Assembly (NCBI RefSeq): GCF_009914755.1
Contig: NC_060943.1
DNA: 64,000 nt
Direction: 5' to 3' (one strand)
Source of the DNA: the human T2T-CHM13v2.0 reference genome, Homo sapiens
Position 1 is the stretch's first letter. Each line of letters begins with the position of its first letter. Made by a program: the position numbers and the translations under genes. The notes under the pieces are model-generated. The model did no database searches. It saw only the letters and a program-made list of their open reading frames with translations, and was not told where the DNA came from. Positions 45,985-63,193 of this stretch are shown here, in pieces.

Positions 45985-46621
45985 TGAAGCAGCATAGTTG
46001 TCTGGGGTAACACCTGAGGTTTGTTGTCCCACAGCCATGGAAGAAGACTGGGATGCGGACACACCAGAGTGAGGTTAAGAGCAGAAGTTTAATAGGTGAG
46101 AGAAAGAGAAGAGCTCTATGTGCAGAGAGGGGTCCCAGAGAAAATGGGTTGCCAGTTCCATGGTGAAATGCACAGGGTTTTATAAACTAGCTTGAGGAGG
46201 TGTTGTCTGATTTACATAGGCCATAAAAGATTGGTTGGATCAGGTGTGCCATTTGCATAGCATGTGGAGAAGCTGGCTGCCCCACCCTAATCTTTTATTA
46301 TACAGATGGGTTCTTTACCTGGGCAGCCCCATGTTGCCTGTTCCTTTGCTGTACACATGGTTGACAAAGAAAAGGAAGAGGGAGCCTCCATGTTGAACAT
46401 GACTGGTCCCCAGCTAGCCCTTTTCTATTGGCGCAGCAGCCGGCATTCACTCATGCAAGCTTCCAGCTTGCTTATCTATGTCTGCAGCTCGATTTTTCAG
46501 GCTGTTCTTTGTTAGAAAAGAAATGATTTTGAGGGCTGCTTTTTGTTAACGGGGAAACCTTGCCAAGGACTCTGTGGCCCTCCCTATCTACCTAAATAAT
46601 TTCTTTCTAGCTCCTGTATCA
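45985..46621 (-). mobile_element. ERV1 solo LTR (LTR43-like) just 3' of OR7C1
   Basis: TG...CA termini, perfect TSD AAGA. Confidence 0.8.
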
Positions 46622-46728
46622 AAGACACGATAAGATATGGTAATTCCAGAACTAAAAGAGAATACATTGATGTTTGGATACATTCAAGAACCACCAAAAG
46701 TGCCTCCCAATGGTCCAAGCCTTGCTAC

Positions 46729-47691
46729 TTATGAAAGTCCTGCAGTGATGTCACCATTAAAAAATGTTGCCCTACTGAGGAGTCTCCCCAGGGCCCTCTT
46801 CATGTCCGTGTTCCTCAGGCTGTAGATGAAGGGGTTCAGCATGGGGGTGACCATGGTGTACATCACTGAGGCCACCAGACTTGTCCTAGAAGATGGTGTG
46901 GCTGCAGAACTGAGATAGACCCCAAAGCCCGTGCCATAGAACAAGGTGACCACTGAGAGGTGGGAACCACAGGTGGAAAACGCTTTGTGCTTTCTCCCAG
47001 CTGAGGAAATCCTCAGTATAGAGAAAACAATTTTATAGTAAGAGAAAAATATTCCAGTGAAGGAAATCACACCCAGGACGCCAGTTGCAAAGTATATCAC
47101 CACGTTATTAATGAAGGTGTCAGAACAGGCGAGCTTCAGGACTTCAAGTAGATCACAAAAAAAGTGTGGAATTTCCATTTTGGTGCAGAAGGACAGCCTC
47201 AAAACAGTCAAGGTCTCGAGCAGGGAACCCATGACACTGATGCACCAGGACCCCAGAACCAGCAGTCCACAGAGCTGGGGGTTCATGATGACCGTATAGT
47301 GCAGGGGGTGACAGACGGCCACGAAGCGGTCATAGGCCATCACGGTCAAGAGTAAATTGTCCAGGCATCCAAATGAAGTGAAAAAAAAAATCTGACTGAG
47401 ACAGCCTGCATATGTTATGAATTTGTTCTGTGTCAGTATATTCAGTAACATCTTTGGGACAGTCGTGGAGGTAAAACAGAGGTCAGCAAAAGACAGGTTG
47501 GAGAGGAAGAAGTACATGGGGGTGTGGAGGTGGGAGTCTGAGCATATGGCCAGGATGATGAGCAGGTTCCCGGTGAAAGTGACTAGGTACATGGAGAGGA
47601 ACAGCCCAAAGAGAATGAACTGAATCTCTGACGTTGCTGAAAATCCCAGGAGGAGAAATTCTTGGGCATGTGTTTGATTTCCTGTTTCCAT
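46729..47691 (-). CDS. OR7C1: Olfactory receptor 7C1, intact 320-aa single coding exon
   Basis: [18 protein letters not shown]...; OR motifs [51 protein letters not shown] splice acceptor TGGCAG| 13 nt upstream of the ATG (47,704) makes the longer ORF-track start intronic. Confidence 0.93.
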   Translation of the reverse strand: METGNQTHAQEFLLLGFSATSEIQFILFGLFLSMYLVTFTGNLLIILAICSDSHLHTPMYFFLSNLSFADLCFTSTTVPKMLLNILTQNKFITYAGCLSQIFFFTSFGCLDNLLLTVMAYDRFVAVCHPLHYTVIMNPQLCGLLVLGSWCISVMGSLLETLTVLRLSFCTKMEIPHFFCDLLEVLKLACSDTFINNVVIYFATGVLGVISFTGIFFSYYKIVFSILRISSAGRKHKAFSTCGSHLSVVTLFYGTGFGVYLSSAATPSSRTSLVASVMYTMVTPMLNPFIYSLRNTDMKRALGRLLSRATFFNGDITAGLS

Positions 47692-48057
47692 GGGGATAAA
47701 ATAACTGCCACAAGAGAGAAAAAAGCAACAGTCAATTATCAACACACTGGCAACATGGAAATTTGGTTACATTTAATTTTAAGTGAAGGAATCAATTAAC
47801 AAAAGATTGCCTTTTTCTTGCTGTCTTTTTCTGGGGCATCTGAAATTCTTCCATCCTTTTCTTTGCTACCATCGGGATCTGGAAATGTAGTGTTAGTTCC
47901 ATAATACTTGTACCCTCTATAGCCTGGCTTCTCAAAGTGTTGTCCATGAACCAACAAGATCAACAAGAGTTTCTTTAAATGCAGAATCCCTGGTCAGACC
48001 TACGGATTCAGAATCTACATTTTAACAATATCACCAAGGGTTTCACATGCATATTAG

Positions 48058-48654
48058 TGATATAGGAGTTAAGAAAAAATCACTTACGCAGATAGTAAGG
48101 TTATGGGAGTCCTCAGTGAGGCTTTTCTTTTTAATGAAAAGCAGCCCCAAATCATTTTCTAACAAAGAGCATCCTGTAAAGGCGAGCTGCAGACACAAAC
48201 AAGCTGGGAGCTTGCACGGGTGAATGCCGGCAGGAACTAAGGACTAGAAGTTTTCAAGATGGTGGCTCCATCTTCCCTTCTCTTTGTCAGCCACGAGCAG
48301 ACAAGATGGCGCAGATCAACTGGAAAGTCCAATTGCAAAGTAAGATTAGGGTGGGGCCACCAGCCTTCCCTGAGCACTATGAAAATGTCATACCTGATGG
48401 AACCAATCTGTGAGCCTGATGTAAATCAGACACTGCCTCCTCAAAGGGGACTATTAAACTCTGCGCATTCACCACCAGCCTGTCCTTTCCTCTCGGAGAC
48501 CCTTTTCTCTATGGAGAGAGGTGTTTCTCTTTTTCTTCTCTTCTCCCTATTAAACCTCCGCCTCTGAACTCCTCGTGTGTGTCCGTGTTCTAAATTTTCC
48601 TAGTGCATGCCAATGAACCCCAGGGTATATACTCCAGACAATGTAGCAGCTTCA
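48058..48654 (+). mobile_element. ERV1 solo LTR (LTR43-like) 5' of the OR7C1 coding exon
   Basis: TGATATAGGAG...CTTCA; TSD TTAG/TTAA. Confidence 0.78.
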
Positions 48655-49178
48655 TTAATATTTGAGTAGCAATGGTCTTGGACACTTACAGCTTCTAGTT
48701 CTCAGCTCTTCTCACCTTTGTTCTCCTCCATGTCTTCCCTCATTCCTCATTACCTAATATGCATGCAAAACAGGAGCTCAATAACTATGCTTTTTCCCCC
48801 TGCTATCTGCATGGAGTTGATACTTTTCACACATTGTTCTCAGCTATTCCAACCTTTGTTTATAAAGCCAATGTTTCATTTTTTCAGTGCAAACATCTGA
48901 CATGTTTACAATAATTTGCATTGTTTATGTGATCATATGTTACATTATTTTACATGTTCGTTTTGTGAGTTTCTGTTCTGTCACTGGAAAGCCAGTCAGA
49001 CATTATGCTTTAAAAAAATATTTTGGTAAAATATGGTTAAAAAATTTTATAGGTACTGCGTATTAAATTAATGCGATTTTAGGATATATTTTGAATTTTA
49101 GGTAGAGAACTCCAAAGTACCAATACTTCACAGAAACATAGATAATACCGTGGCAGCTGTCATAATCAACTTGATCAG

Positions 49179-49562
49179 TGTATTAGTCCATTCTCACGCT
49201 GCTGTAAAGAACTACCCGAGACTGGGTAATTTATGAAGAAAGTGGTTTAGTTGATTCACAGTTCTGTATGACTTGGAAGGCCTCAGGAAACTTACAATTA
49301 TGGTGGAAGGGGAAGAGGAAGCAAGCATCCTTTTTCACATGGCAGCAGAGAGAGAGAGAGCGCGCGCTAAGGCGGTAGCACCATACTTTTAAACAACCAG
49401 ATTTCATGAGAATCCCATCACAAGACAGCACTAGGGGAATGGTGCTAAACCATTAGAAACTGCCCCTGTGATCCAATCACCTCCCACCAGGCCCCTCCCT
49501 CAACCTTGGGGATTATAATTCGAGATGAGATTTGGGTGGGGACACAGAGCCAAACCATATCA
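49179..49562 (-). mobile_element. MSTA/THE1-like MaLR LTR; second copy at about 60,790-61,455 with an AluY insert
   Basis: tgtattagtccattctcacgctgct...gagccaaaccatatca. Confidence 0.8.
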
Positions 49563-49614
49563 GTCAGGAATCTGGAAAACAGTCAAAGGTTTAGAGCAAC
49601 AAAGTGAATCCTTA

Positions 49615-50137
<523 letters not shown>

Positions 50138-50345
50138 TTACCTTTACCTACCTTGAAACCTCTCTCAAAGGAGATTGTTGAAAACATTTAAAGACAAATG
50201 AACTATCCACAAGTGTCTGGGGAAAAGCATATGAGTAGTGGTAAATGATGGACACGCTGACATGTCTTGGAAGAAAGGCTGTGGAGTGAGATATTTGGGA
50301 CATATGACTTTGAAAATTTCTCACGTATTCCTGGGAATGTAGAGG

Positions 50346-51591
<1,246 letters not shown>

Positions 51592-52959
51592 GAAAGATTC
51601 CTGGGAATGTAGGATACATAGGTGTCCTACCCAGGATTGCATGCTAAGTAAACATCTAGAAGGCCCTGACCTCTCACCTGTAGCTGATATTCAAGCTCTG
51701 TGCAAGTAGGAAGTTAAGGCAAAGGCTGGAGTTGAAAAATGCTCAGCTGAGTGGTAAAGGCCTGTCTGAAAGCACATACAGAGCCAAACTGCAAAGGTTG
51801 GGAGATTTTGGTTTTGGGCTCCACTGTTTAAGGAAATCTCTTATCAAATCACTCTCTGGCCATTAAGCTAACAGCCTAGAGACTTCAGCAACCACACACT
51901 GGACAAATATGCAATCTTTATAAAATTAGAAGACTCATTAGGCAAGTAAACAACTGCAAATTACAAAAAGCAGCAACCATAAACCCCAAGGAGGAGAGAA
52001 AATTTGATTTCCAGAGTCGCCACACTATAATATTCAAAATATTTAGTTGTAATGAAATATTATGAGACATGCAATGAAACAAGAAAGTATAGCAAAGGAA
52101 AGAATAATTAATTAGTAGAACCTGACCCCAAGGAAGCCTTTACTGAGGCTCAATGCCTGGGCTTCTTCGTTTACATGCAATCTCATTTACATGAAATAGC
52201 CACAATACATAAACGAGTCGCAGGATAACGAGTCGCAGGGACTGGGGAGCGGGGGTAGGGGATGAGGATAAAGTGCTACTGTAATGTGTAAGTGGTTTTA
52301 TTTAGGAGTAATGGAAATGTTTTGAAACTAGATAGAGATGGTGGTTGCGCAAAACACAGAATGTAGTGAATGGCACTCAATTGCTTGCTTTCAAGTAACT
52401 GGTTAATTTATGTTATATTAATTTCATCTCAATAATTTTTTTTTGAGACAAGGTCTTGTTTTGTTGCCCAGGCTGGAGTGCAGTGGTGCAATCATGACTC
52501 ACTGTAGCCTTGACCTCCTGGGCTCAAGCAATCCTCACATGTCAGCCTCCAAAGTAGCTGAGACTACAAGAATGCACCGTCACACCCAGAAGCTAGTGGA
52601 TCTAGATAGATAGGAAGTTTGATTGCCTATTGAATTCCTATTAAATTCCTCTGCTATGTATATGGCCTCAATGTTTGAATTCACAAGCACGGGGGTTAGA
52701 AGGAACATTTCTTGTTCAGCTTTGATCACTACGCTGCAGAATGCCCAAAGAAGGTCCCCAGTCTGTACTCCTCCTGCCTGCAAAAAAAAATCTGAGAGTT
52801 CTTGGGGCTAGAGCTTCCTCACACTCAAGGGGAATGAGATGCACATTGATTCAAGGCTCATTGAGACCCTGGTGCCTTCTGTAATCTAGGACCATCCCTG
52901 GAGCATCTTCATGTCTCCCATGATGGTCCACTGAGGCAGGACCCAAGAAACAGGAAAAT

Positions 52960-53299
<340 letters not shown>

Positions 53300-53940
53300 T
53301 AATCTGAATGACCAGCTTCATTGGGTTTTCTTTTTCTACCTTCCACATGTGACCATCCATTAGGGATCTAGTAATAACATTTTTAAGTCACAAACTTTGA
53401 GAGGGACCAGCTATTTTTATTATCCCATTTATATAAGACTGCTATCTAAAAATTACAACAGTTCTGGGACATATACTGATATGAGTCAATCCAAAAATGT
53501 AATTTGGACATCAAAGTAAGACCAGATGGTGACTTGTTAATTGGAGACACCAAATTAATGTTAATAATACAGAAAATTGTCCTCTAACTATGATGGTATT
53601 ATACAATAAGTCTGTACTATTTAGAGTCTAAATGTTCTTGTCACTCAATGAGATGTGCTTTAACTCAAGACAAGGTTTACTGCTATTTTTTTCAGGGCTC
53701 CTGAATACCTGGGCAATACCTAGTGTCCTTGGCTCCCCTCTACTGCTGTGTGGCTGTTACTGTGTGTGAGGTCTTTAGCCTACATTAAGGAACATTTCAA
53801 GAATCTAAAAATGTGTTTTTGGATTCCTTCAAGGGAATTGGCTGGAAACATTGCTCCTTCCATCACACAATGTGACTGCTTTAAGAGAAACAGTCATTAA
53901 TGTATTTTATGCCTTCATGTCAGGAATGGCCATGTTGCTA

Positions 53941-54760
53941 AGTTTTATTTTAAGTTCCAGGATACATGTACAGGACATGCAGATTTGTTACACAGGTAAA
54001 TGTGTGCCATGGTGGTTTGCTGCACCTGTCAACCCATCACCTAGGTATTCAGCCCTGCATGCATTAGCTATTTATCCTGATGCGCTCCCTCTGCCAACTC
54101 CCACTGACAGGCGTCAGTATGTGTTGTTCCCCTCCCTGTGTCCATGCATTCTCATTGTTCAGATCCCACTTATGAGTGAGAACATGAGGTGTTTGGTTTT
54201 CCATTCCTGTGTTAGTTTGCTGAGGATGATGGCTTCCAGCTTCATCCATGTCCCTGCAAAGGACATGGTCTTGTCCCTTTTTATGGCTGCGTAGTATTCT
54301 GTGGTGTATATGCACAAAATTTTGTTTATCCAGTCTATCATCGATGGGCATTTGGGTTGATTCCATGTCTTTGATATTGTGAATAGTGCTGCAATAAACA
54401 TATGTGTGGATGTATATTTATAATAGGATGAATTATATTCCTTTAGGTATATACCCAGTAATGGGATTGCTGGGCCAAATGGTATTTCTGGTTCTAGATC
54501 CTTGAGGAATTGCCACATTGTCTTCCACAATGGTTGAACTAATATAGGTTACCACCAACAGTGTAAAAACATTCCTATTTCTCCACAGTCTTGCCAGCAT
54601 CTGTTATTTCTTAACTTTTTAATAATTGCCATTCTGACTGGCATGAGATGGTATCTCATTGTGGTTTTGATTTGCATTTCTCTAATGATCAGTGATGTTG
54701 AGCTTTTTTTCATGTTTGTTGGCCGCATAAATGTCTCCTTTTGAGAAGTGTCTGTTCATG
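53941..54760 (-). mobile_element. 5'-truncated L1PA 3' end
   Basis: ORF 54,159-54,530 resembles the L1 ORF2 C-terminus (LLGIYLKEY...MFIAALFTISKTWNQPKCPSM). Confidence 0.9.
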
Positions 54761-55479
54761 TAGGGATGGCCATGCTTCTATTAAGCACTTTTTTGTTTTA
54801 ATGTTATGGATCCTGCTAATCTTGTAATTGATCATTGTGCCAGAGATTGCCTACCCAATATATCCATTCTTTTTTTGTTATTAATAGAACTCAATTATAT
54901 TTGGAAGTGGTCATGTGTCCAGCTAAGATACTATATTTTCCACTCTCTATTGCAAAATCATGGAGAGTTGAAGCATAGGAATTTATTTGATGGGAATCCT
55001 GGAATCCTCTTTAGAATCCTTCCCCTCTGTTCATCTCTTTCTTGCCTGGGATTTGCACATGACACTGGAATTCCCTTAGCTGATATATCTTGGAAAACAA
55101 CACATTAAAGATGGGGCAGCAGAGAGATAGAGTAAACCCTTGTGCCTCAGGTTAGCACAGAGTGATCATGGTGACCCATTCTTTTAGGGAGGAGACACAT
55201 TAACTCCTGATTGAATTAAAACAGTGGTGGATCACGAGGTCAGGAGACTGAGACCATCCTGGCTAACACGGTGAAACCCTGTCTCTACTAAAAATACAAA
55301 AATTCAGCTGGGCATAGTGGTGGGTGCCTGTAGTCCCAGCTACTCAGGAGGCTGAGGAAGGAGAATGGCGTGAACCCAGGAGGCGGAGCTTGCAGTGAGC
55401 CGAGATTGTGCCACTGCACTCCAGCCTGGGTGATAGAGCGAGACTCAGTCTCAAAAAAAAAAACAAACAAACAGTCTTT

Positions 55480-56335
55480 AGAAGCAGTCAACAAACATGA
55501 AAAATTGCTCAAAAATTTCTCTACATCCTCACCAACATATTTTTTTATTTCTTTAATAATAAACCATTCTGACTGGTGTAATCATCAGATAAATGCAAAT
55601 TAAAACCACGATGAGATACCATCTTACACCAGTCAGAATGGTTATTTTAAAGAAATAAAAAAAAAAAAAACAACAACAGATGTTGGTGAGGATGCAGAGA
55701 AAAGGGGCTGCTTATGTGCTGTTGGTGGGAACGCAAATTAATTCAGTCTCTATGGAAAACAGTATGGAGATTTCCCAAAGAACTAAAAGTAGGACTACCA
55801 TTCAATCCAGCAATCCCACTAGTGGGTATATACCCCAAAGAAAAGAAATCATTACACAAAAGACACCTGAACTAATACGTTTATCACAGCACTATTCACA
55901 ATAGCCAAGTCATAGAATCAACTTAAGTGTCCACCAATGTATGATTGGATAAATAAAATGTGGTATATATACAGCCAACGGAATACTACTCAGCCATAAA
56001 AAGAATGAATTCATGTCTTGTGCAGCAACATGGATGGAACTGGAGGCCATTATCCTAAGTAAAATAACTTGGAAACAGAAAATCAAATACCATATGTTTT
56101 CACTTATAAGCAGAAGCCAAACAATGTATACCATGGGCATAGATAATGGAATAATAGTAGGCATTGGAGACTCCAAAAAGTGGGAGGGTGGGAGGGATGA
56201 GGTTTGAGAAATTACCTATTGGGTACAATGTACACTATTTGAGTGATGGTTACACTAATAGTCCAGACTTCACCACTATGCAATGTATCTATGTAACACA
56301 AACGTACTTGCATTCATTACATCTGTAAAATAAAA
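55480..56335 (+). mobile_element. L1MA-like 3' end
   Basis: gcagcaacatggatggaactggaggccattatcctaagt; ccagacttcaccactatgcaat; ends AATAAAA. Confidence 0.8.
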
Positions 56336-56958
56336 GTTTTTCCATTTATGTAGACACATTTCAACCTAACAGCACAGAATGCTTTGTCCTCGTTAGAACT
56401 CATAGAGTCATATCGGGGCCCAATTTGGGCTACTATGTAACATTTGGTGAAATATATTTTGATTACTTCTGTAATTATGCACCTCGTTGTATGCCCCCCT
56501 TTTTTTACTTCTGTTACAATATTTCCTTTGTCATATACATTTAAGATATTTTTCTTTGTTTTGCATATTGAGTAGGTTTCTTGAAATTCTTTTGGAACAT
56601 GTTATGTAAATGAACAAATAAATCAATGGTGTGTTTCGAGTGACACTCAGCCCTGAATTTGACCCATTGTATCTCTACTTTCAAAAGCATTCTCTGAGAT
56701 CTCCTTAAACTCACTGTTGTGCTGATGAGGGATTGATCCACAGAATGTAAGAAACATCTCTGGGGTCAGGTTCTAGAGGGAAAACGCTGAAGTAAAACTC
56801 ACACCTGCCCAACTCCAAGTCAGGGCCTTTCTCACTCACAATGCTTCATAAATACGAGGAGATGGTAAAGTTGAAATAGAGCCGAATCCTGAGGCTTGCA
56901 CATACGTAAAGGAAGGTCAGATCCGGCTGCAGGAAGAGAGTGGCCCTGGAATTGTGCC

Positions 56959-57201
56959 AGATTGAAAGCAAGAAACAGAGATTGAAAGCAAGAAGAAACA
57001 GTAATGGAGAGCAAGAAACAGATTGAAAGCAAGAAGAAACAGAGATTGAAAGCAAGAAGAAACATAGATTGAAAGCAAGAAGAAACAGAGATTGGAAGCA
57101 AGAAGAAACAGAGATTGAAAGCAAGAAGAAACAGAGATTGAAAGCAAGAAGAAACAGAGATTGGAAGCAAGAAGAAACAGAGATTGGAAGCAAGAACAGA
57201 G
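56959..57201. repeat. Minisatellite, 23-bp unit AGATTGAAAGCAAGAAGAAACAG, about 10-11 copies
   Basis: Direct reading; produces the repetitive ORFs at 56,832-57,413. Confidence 0.93.
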
Positions 57202-57909
57202 AGAGGACCGGCTGCAAGAATCCCCTTCAGAGCGAGGGACACAAACTGCTCAGGACTTTGAATCAATCCTCTTTCACCATCTCATCATTTCTGGCTGTTT
57301 CCCAGAAGACTTGGTTAATAAAAGCTTTTCTTCCCTCCACAAAACTTTCCCACAGTACTTACGGGTTTACTCTGGCTTCTCTTGATATCCCTCAATGGAC
57401 TTGGCTCTGTTGACCTTCCCTCCTTGCACAATCGGTGCAGGCAGGGCAAGGGGGTGGGTGTCAGGGGCTGGTTCTCTGGAGTGGATGGACATTTCAGAGA
57501 GGCATAGAGAAGGTGCTCTTGGTCTGGGGCTGGTGAACTGCAGGTGGGTTCTGCAAAGGGAGAATTTACAGTTTATGGAGAACCGGAGGCTGAATTCTCA
57601 GGGCTCCTCATTAAATAAGTTGTTTTATTGTTGCTCAATTCTCCAAGCAGTTCAGCTCCTTGGAGGCCAAGCAATATAAATAAAAAGTGTTTCTGCCAGT
57701 TCATTCCCCGTGGGCTCACCTTTGGGACTAGACACATATTCCTTTCTATTCGATGGTTTTCATCTCCCTTAGAATGAACATCCTTCCCCCAACACTGGAA
57801 ATGACCCCTCTTCCAGGGCACATCTCAGGAACCACCTCATGAATCTCCAAGTTTCTGAGGGACACTCGGTTTCCAGTGTTAGACTTAGACATATGGTTTT
57901 GTCCCCTAA

Positions 57910-58147
<238 letters not shown>

Positions 58148-58705
58148 TAGTCAGGATGGTCTCAATCTCCTGACCTCATGATCCGCCCGCCTCAGCCTCC
58201 CAAAGTGCTGGGATTACAGGCGTGAGCCATGGCGCCAGGCCCGAAATGAGCTCTTAACTGCAGCTTTGTCCTGGCTTCTATTCTGGACACTGGAGACAGA
58301 TTCTGGAGAAAAATTAATGGGCCATTTCCCTTGGTAGAGAGTAAAAAAGGCTCATTTTGGCTGCAGAGTTAGCGTTTTCTTGTCTCAGTTTCTCTGAGTT
58401 CAGTTATTCGGTTTCTTCATCTGGGCTAAACACATTCATATTTTTAATCCACATGATCTAATTTTTTGGGCTATATTTCTATGTATGTTATTTGGAGCAT
58501 TTCTTCCCAATGGGAAGGAATTTGGATAAAAAATAATCAGCACCTGACAGTGACTAAGAGCATGCACTGGCAAACATTTTTGTAAAGGGCTCAGTGGTAC
58601 ATATTTTAGGCTTTTTGGGTCCTATGTTCTCTGTCACAATACTTAACTCTGCCATTGCTGTGAATGCAGGTGTATGCAATACTGACACTAATGGGCATGG
58701 CTGTT

Positions 58706-59162
58706 TGTATTAGCCTCCTGTGGCTGCTGTCACATGTAACCACAAACTGGGTGGCTGAAAACAACAGGAATGTATTCTCTTATAGTTCTGGAGTCCAGAA
58801 GTCCAAAATCAAGGTGCAAGAAGGGCCAGGCTTCCTCCAGAGTCTCTAACGGTGATTCTGTTCCTCGGCTTTTCCATGCTCTATGGCTCCAGGTGTTCCT
58901 GACCTTGCAGCTGCGTCATTTCAATCTCCTCTGTCTGTGTCATTTGGTTTCCTCTGCACCTGTGTGTGTTTTCTCCTGTGCATGTCGCTTATAAAGACAC
59001 TGTGTCATTGAATTTAAGGTCCACCTGGATAATCCAGGATGATCTCATCTCAGGATGCCTAATTGTATCTGTAAAGACTCTTCATCCAAATAAGGCTACA
59101 TTCACTGGCACTAGGGGTGAGGATGTGAGCTTATCCTTTAGGGGGGCCAACATTCAACTCAC
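58706..59162 (-). mobile_element. MLT1-type MaLR LTR inside a MER58-like element
   Basis: tgtattagcc...ccacaaactgggtggctgaaaacaacag...aagtccaaaatcaaggtg. Confidence 0.7.
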
Positions 59163-59792
59163 CAAACTTACTGTGCTCAAATAAAGCCTTTTTACAAAGA
59201 GGCTGTGGGTAGGATTTGGCCTGTGGGCAGTAGTTTGCTGACCCCCAGCTTAGAGGGTAGATTCAGATACAGGGAGCTGATAATCACAGAGGACACTAAA
59301 ATTTAAAGAAAAGTTAAATATGGCTTCATTTCTGCTACTGTAATTCACCTATTAAAAGGACTGTCAGACTATCCACCATACTCTAATCTTTTATTATGCA
59401 AGCTGTAAATACAGATGAAGCTTCACTTGCTCACCTGCTGCTCACCTCCTCCCGTGCGGCCTAGCTCCTAACAGGCTGTGGACCAGTACTGGTCTGTGGC
59501 CCAGGGGTTGGGGACCCCTGCACTAAGTTATTTACTACTGTGGACCTATGGGGTGTAGGTGCTTTTTATTGAGCTTCCTGGTGTGTGTTGTTCAGTCTTT
59601 GCTGCAGTGACTGGGGCAGCTCTGCTTCATGCTGTGGACAGGCTGGGATGGTTCTACTCCATATGTCTTGTCAGTGGATTAGCAAGGGCATGCTCTTATT
59701 GAAATAGCAGAGACTTTACTGCTCAGCAGAAATATGCAAGGTCTCTTAGGGGCTACACTTAGAGCTGGCATGCTTTCTATAATCTCTTCCAT

Positions 59793-60272
59793 TGAGGGAA
59801 GAGAGAGACCCTCTCATATTGTTTTATATTGTTTTATACTCAGTACCTGTTTTAAGAAAAAACAAAGAAGTGAAATCAAAGACAGGCAGCCCGGTGCCAG
59901 GCCCAAAACCAGGCCTGGGCCTGCCTGGCCTAAACATAGTAGTTAAAAATCAACTCATGACTTAGAAACCGATGTTATCCATAGATTCCAGACATTGTAT
60001 AAAAGAACATTTTGAAACTCCCTGCTCTGTTCTGTTCCACTCTGGCCACCAGTGCATGCATCCCCTGTCACGTACCCCCTGCTTGCTCAAATCAATCATG
60101 ACCCTTTCATGTGAAATCCTTAGAGTTGTGAGCCCTTAAAAGGGACAGGAATTTCTCACTCGGGGAGCATGGATTTTAAGACGCTAGCCTGCCGATGCTC
60201 CCAGCTGATTAAAGCCACTCCCTTCACTATCTCGGTGTCTGAGGGGTTTTGTTTGCGGCTCGTCCTGCTACA
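59793..60272 (+). mobile_element. ERV1 solo LTR (HERV-E/LTR15-related)
   Basis: TGAGGGAAGAGAGAGACC...GCGGCTCGTCCTGCTACA; perfect 4-bp TSD CCAT. Confidence 0.75.
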
Positions 60273-60328
60273 CCATAATATAGAATTAGAGGGAACACTT
60301 CCTAACTCATTTTATGAGGCAAAAGTTA

Positions 60329-60674
<346 letters not shown>

Positions 60675-60924
60675 TTACAAGAAAGGAAATCTTCAAACCA
60701 ATATACCATATGAACACAGATGCAGAAATTCTCAACAAAATTACAAAATTAACAAATTAAATCCAAAATATACAAAAATAATTATACACTGTATTAGTCC
60801 ATTTTCATACTGCTATAAAGATACCACCCTGCCAGGCGCAGTGGCTCACACCTGTAATCCCAGCACTTTGGGAGGCTGAGGTGGGCGGATCACAAGGTCA
60901 GGAGATTGAGACCATCCTGATCTA

Positions 60925-61236
<312 letters not shown>

Positions 61237-61893
61237 TCACAAGGCAGCAGGAAAGAGAGGCAGAGAGAGAGAAGGGGGGCGTGCCAGACACTTATCAAAC
61301 AGCCAGATCTTGTGAAAACTCACTCACTATCACAAGCACAGCAAGGGGGAAATCTGCCCCCATGACCCAATCACCTCCCACCAGGCCCCTTCCTTGACAC
61401 ATGGGGATTACAATTTGAGATGAGATTTGGGTAGGGACACTGAGCCATACCATATTGTACACCATGACCAACAGGACTTAGGTTAGGTCAGTCTCTTTAA
61501 TAAATGCCATTGGGAAAACTTGATATCCACATGTGTAAGAATGAAATTGGATCCTATTTCACACCATATACAAAATTCACTCAAAATGGATTAAAGACTT
61601 AAACATTAGACCTGAAACTATAGAGCTACTAGATGAAAACATAGTGGAAAGACTGCATGACATTGGTCTGGGCAATAATTTTTGGGAAATGACCCCAGAA
61701 GCACAGGCGACAAAAGGAGACAAAATGTAAAATGAGATTACATCAAACTAAAAACTTCTGAATGGCAAAGAAAAGCAATGAGCAGAGTGAAAAGACAACC
61801 TATGGGTTGGCAGGAAACATTCACAAACCATCCATCTGATAAGGGATTCATATCCAAAATATATAAGGAACCCAAACAGCTCAATAGCAATAA

Positions 61894-62118
<225 letters not shown>

Positions 62119-62165
62119 TAAAGGCACCCACCACCATGCCCAGCTAATTTTTGTATTTTTAGTAG

Positions 62166-63193
<1,028 letters not shown>

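Noticed and set aside
47692-47745. 18-aa N-terminal extension of OR7C1 (338-aa ORF)
   Set aside because: Non-ATG start that crosses a clear splice acceptor at 47,705; true start is METGN at 47,691
52212-52241. 15-bp tandem duplication AACGAGTCGCAGGAT
   Set aside because: Small slippage event in an L1 remnant; no evidence of function
52580-52950. Possible OR pseudogene fragment
   Set aside because: No OR motifs found in any frame I read
56832-57413. CRISPR-like array or repeat protein
   Set aside because: Head-to-tail tandem units with no unique spacers; a eukaryotic minisatellite
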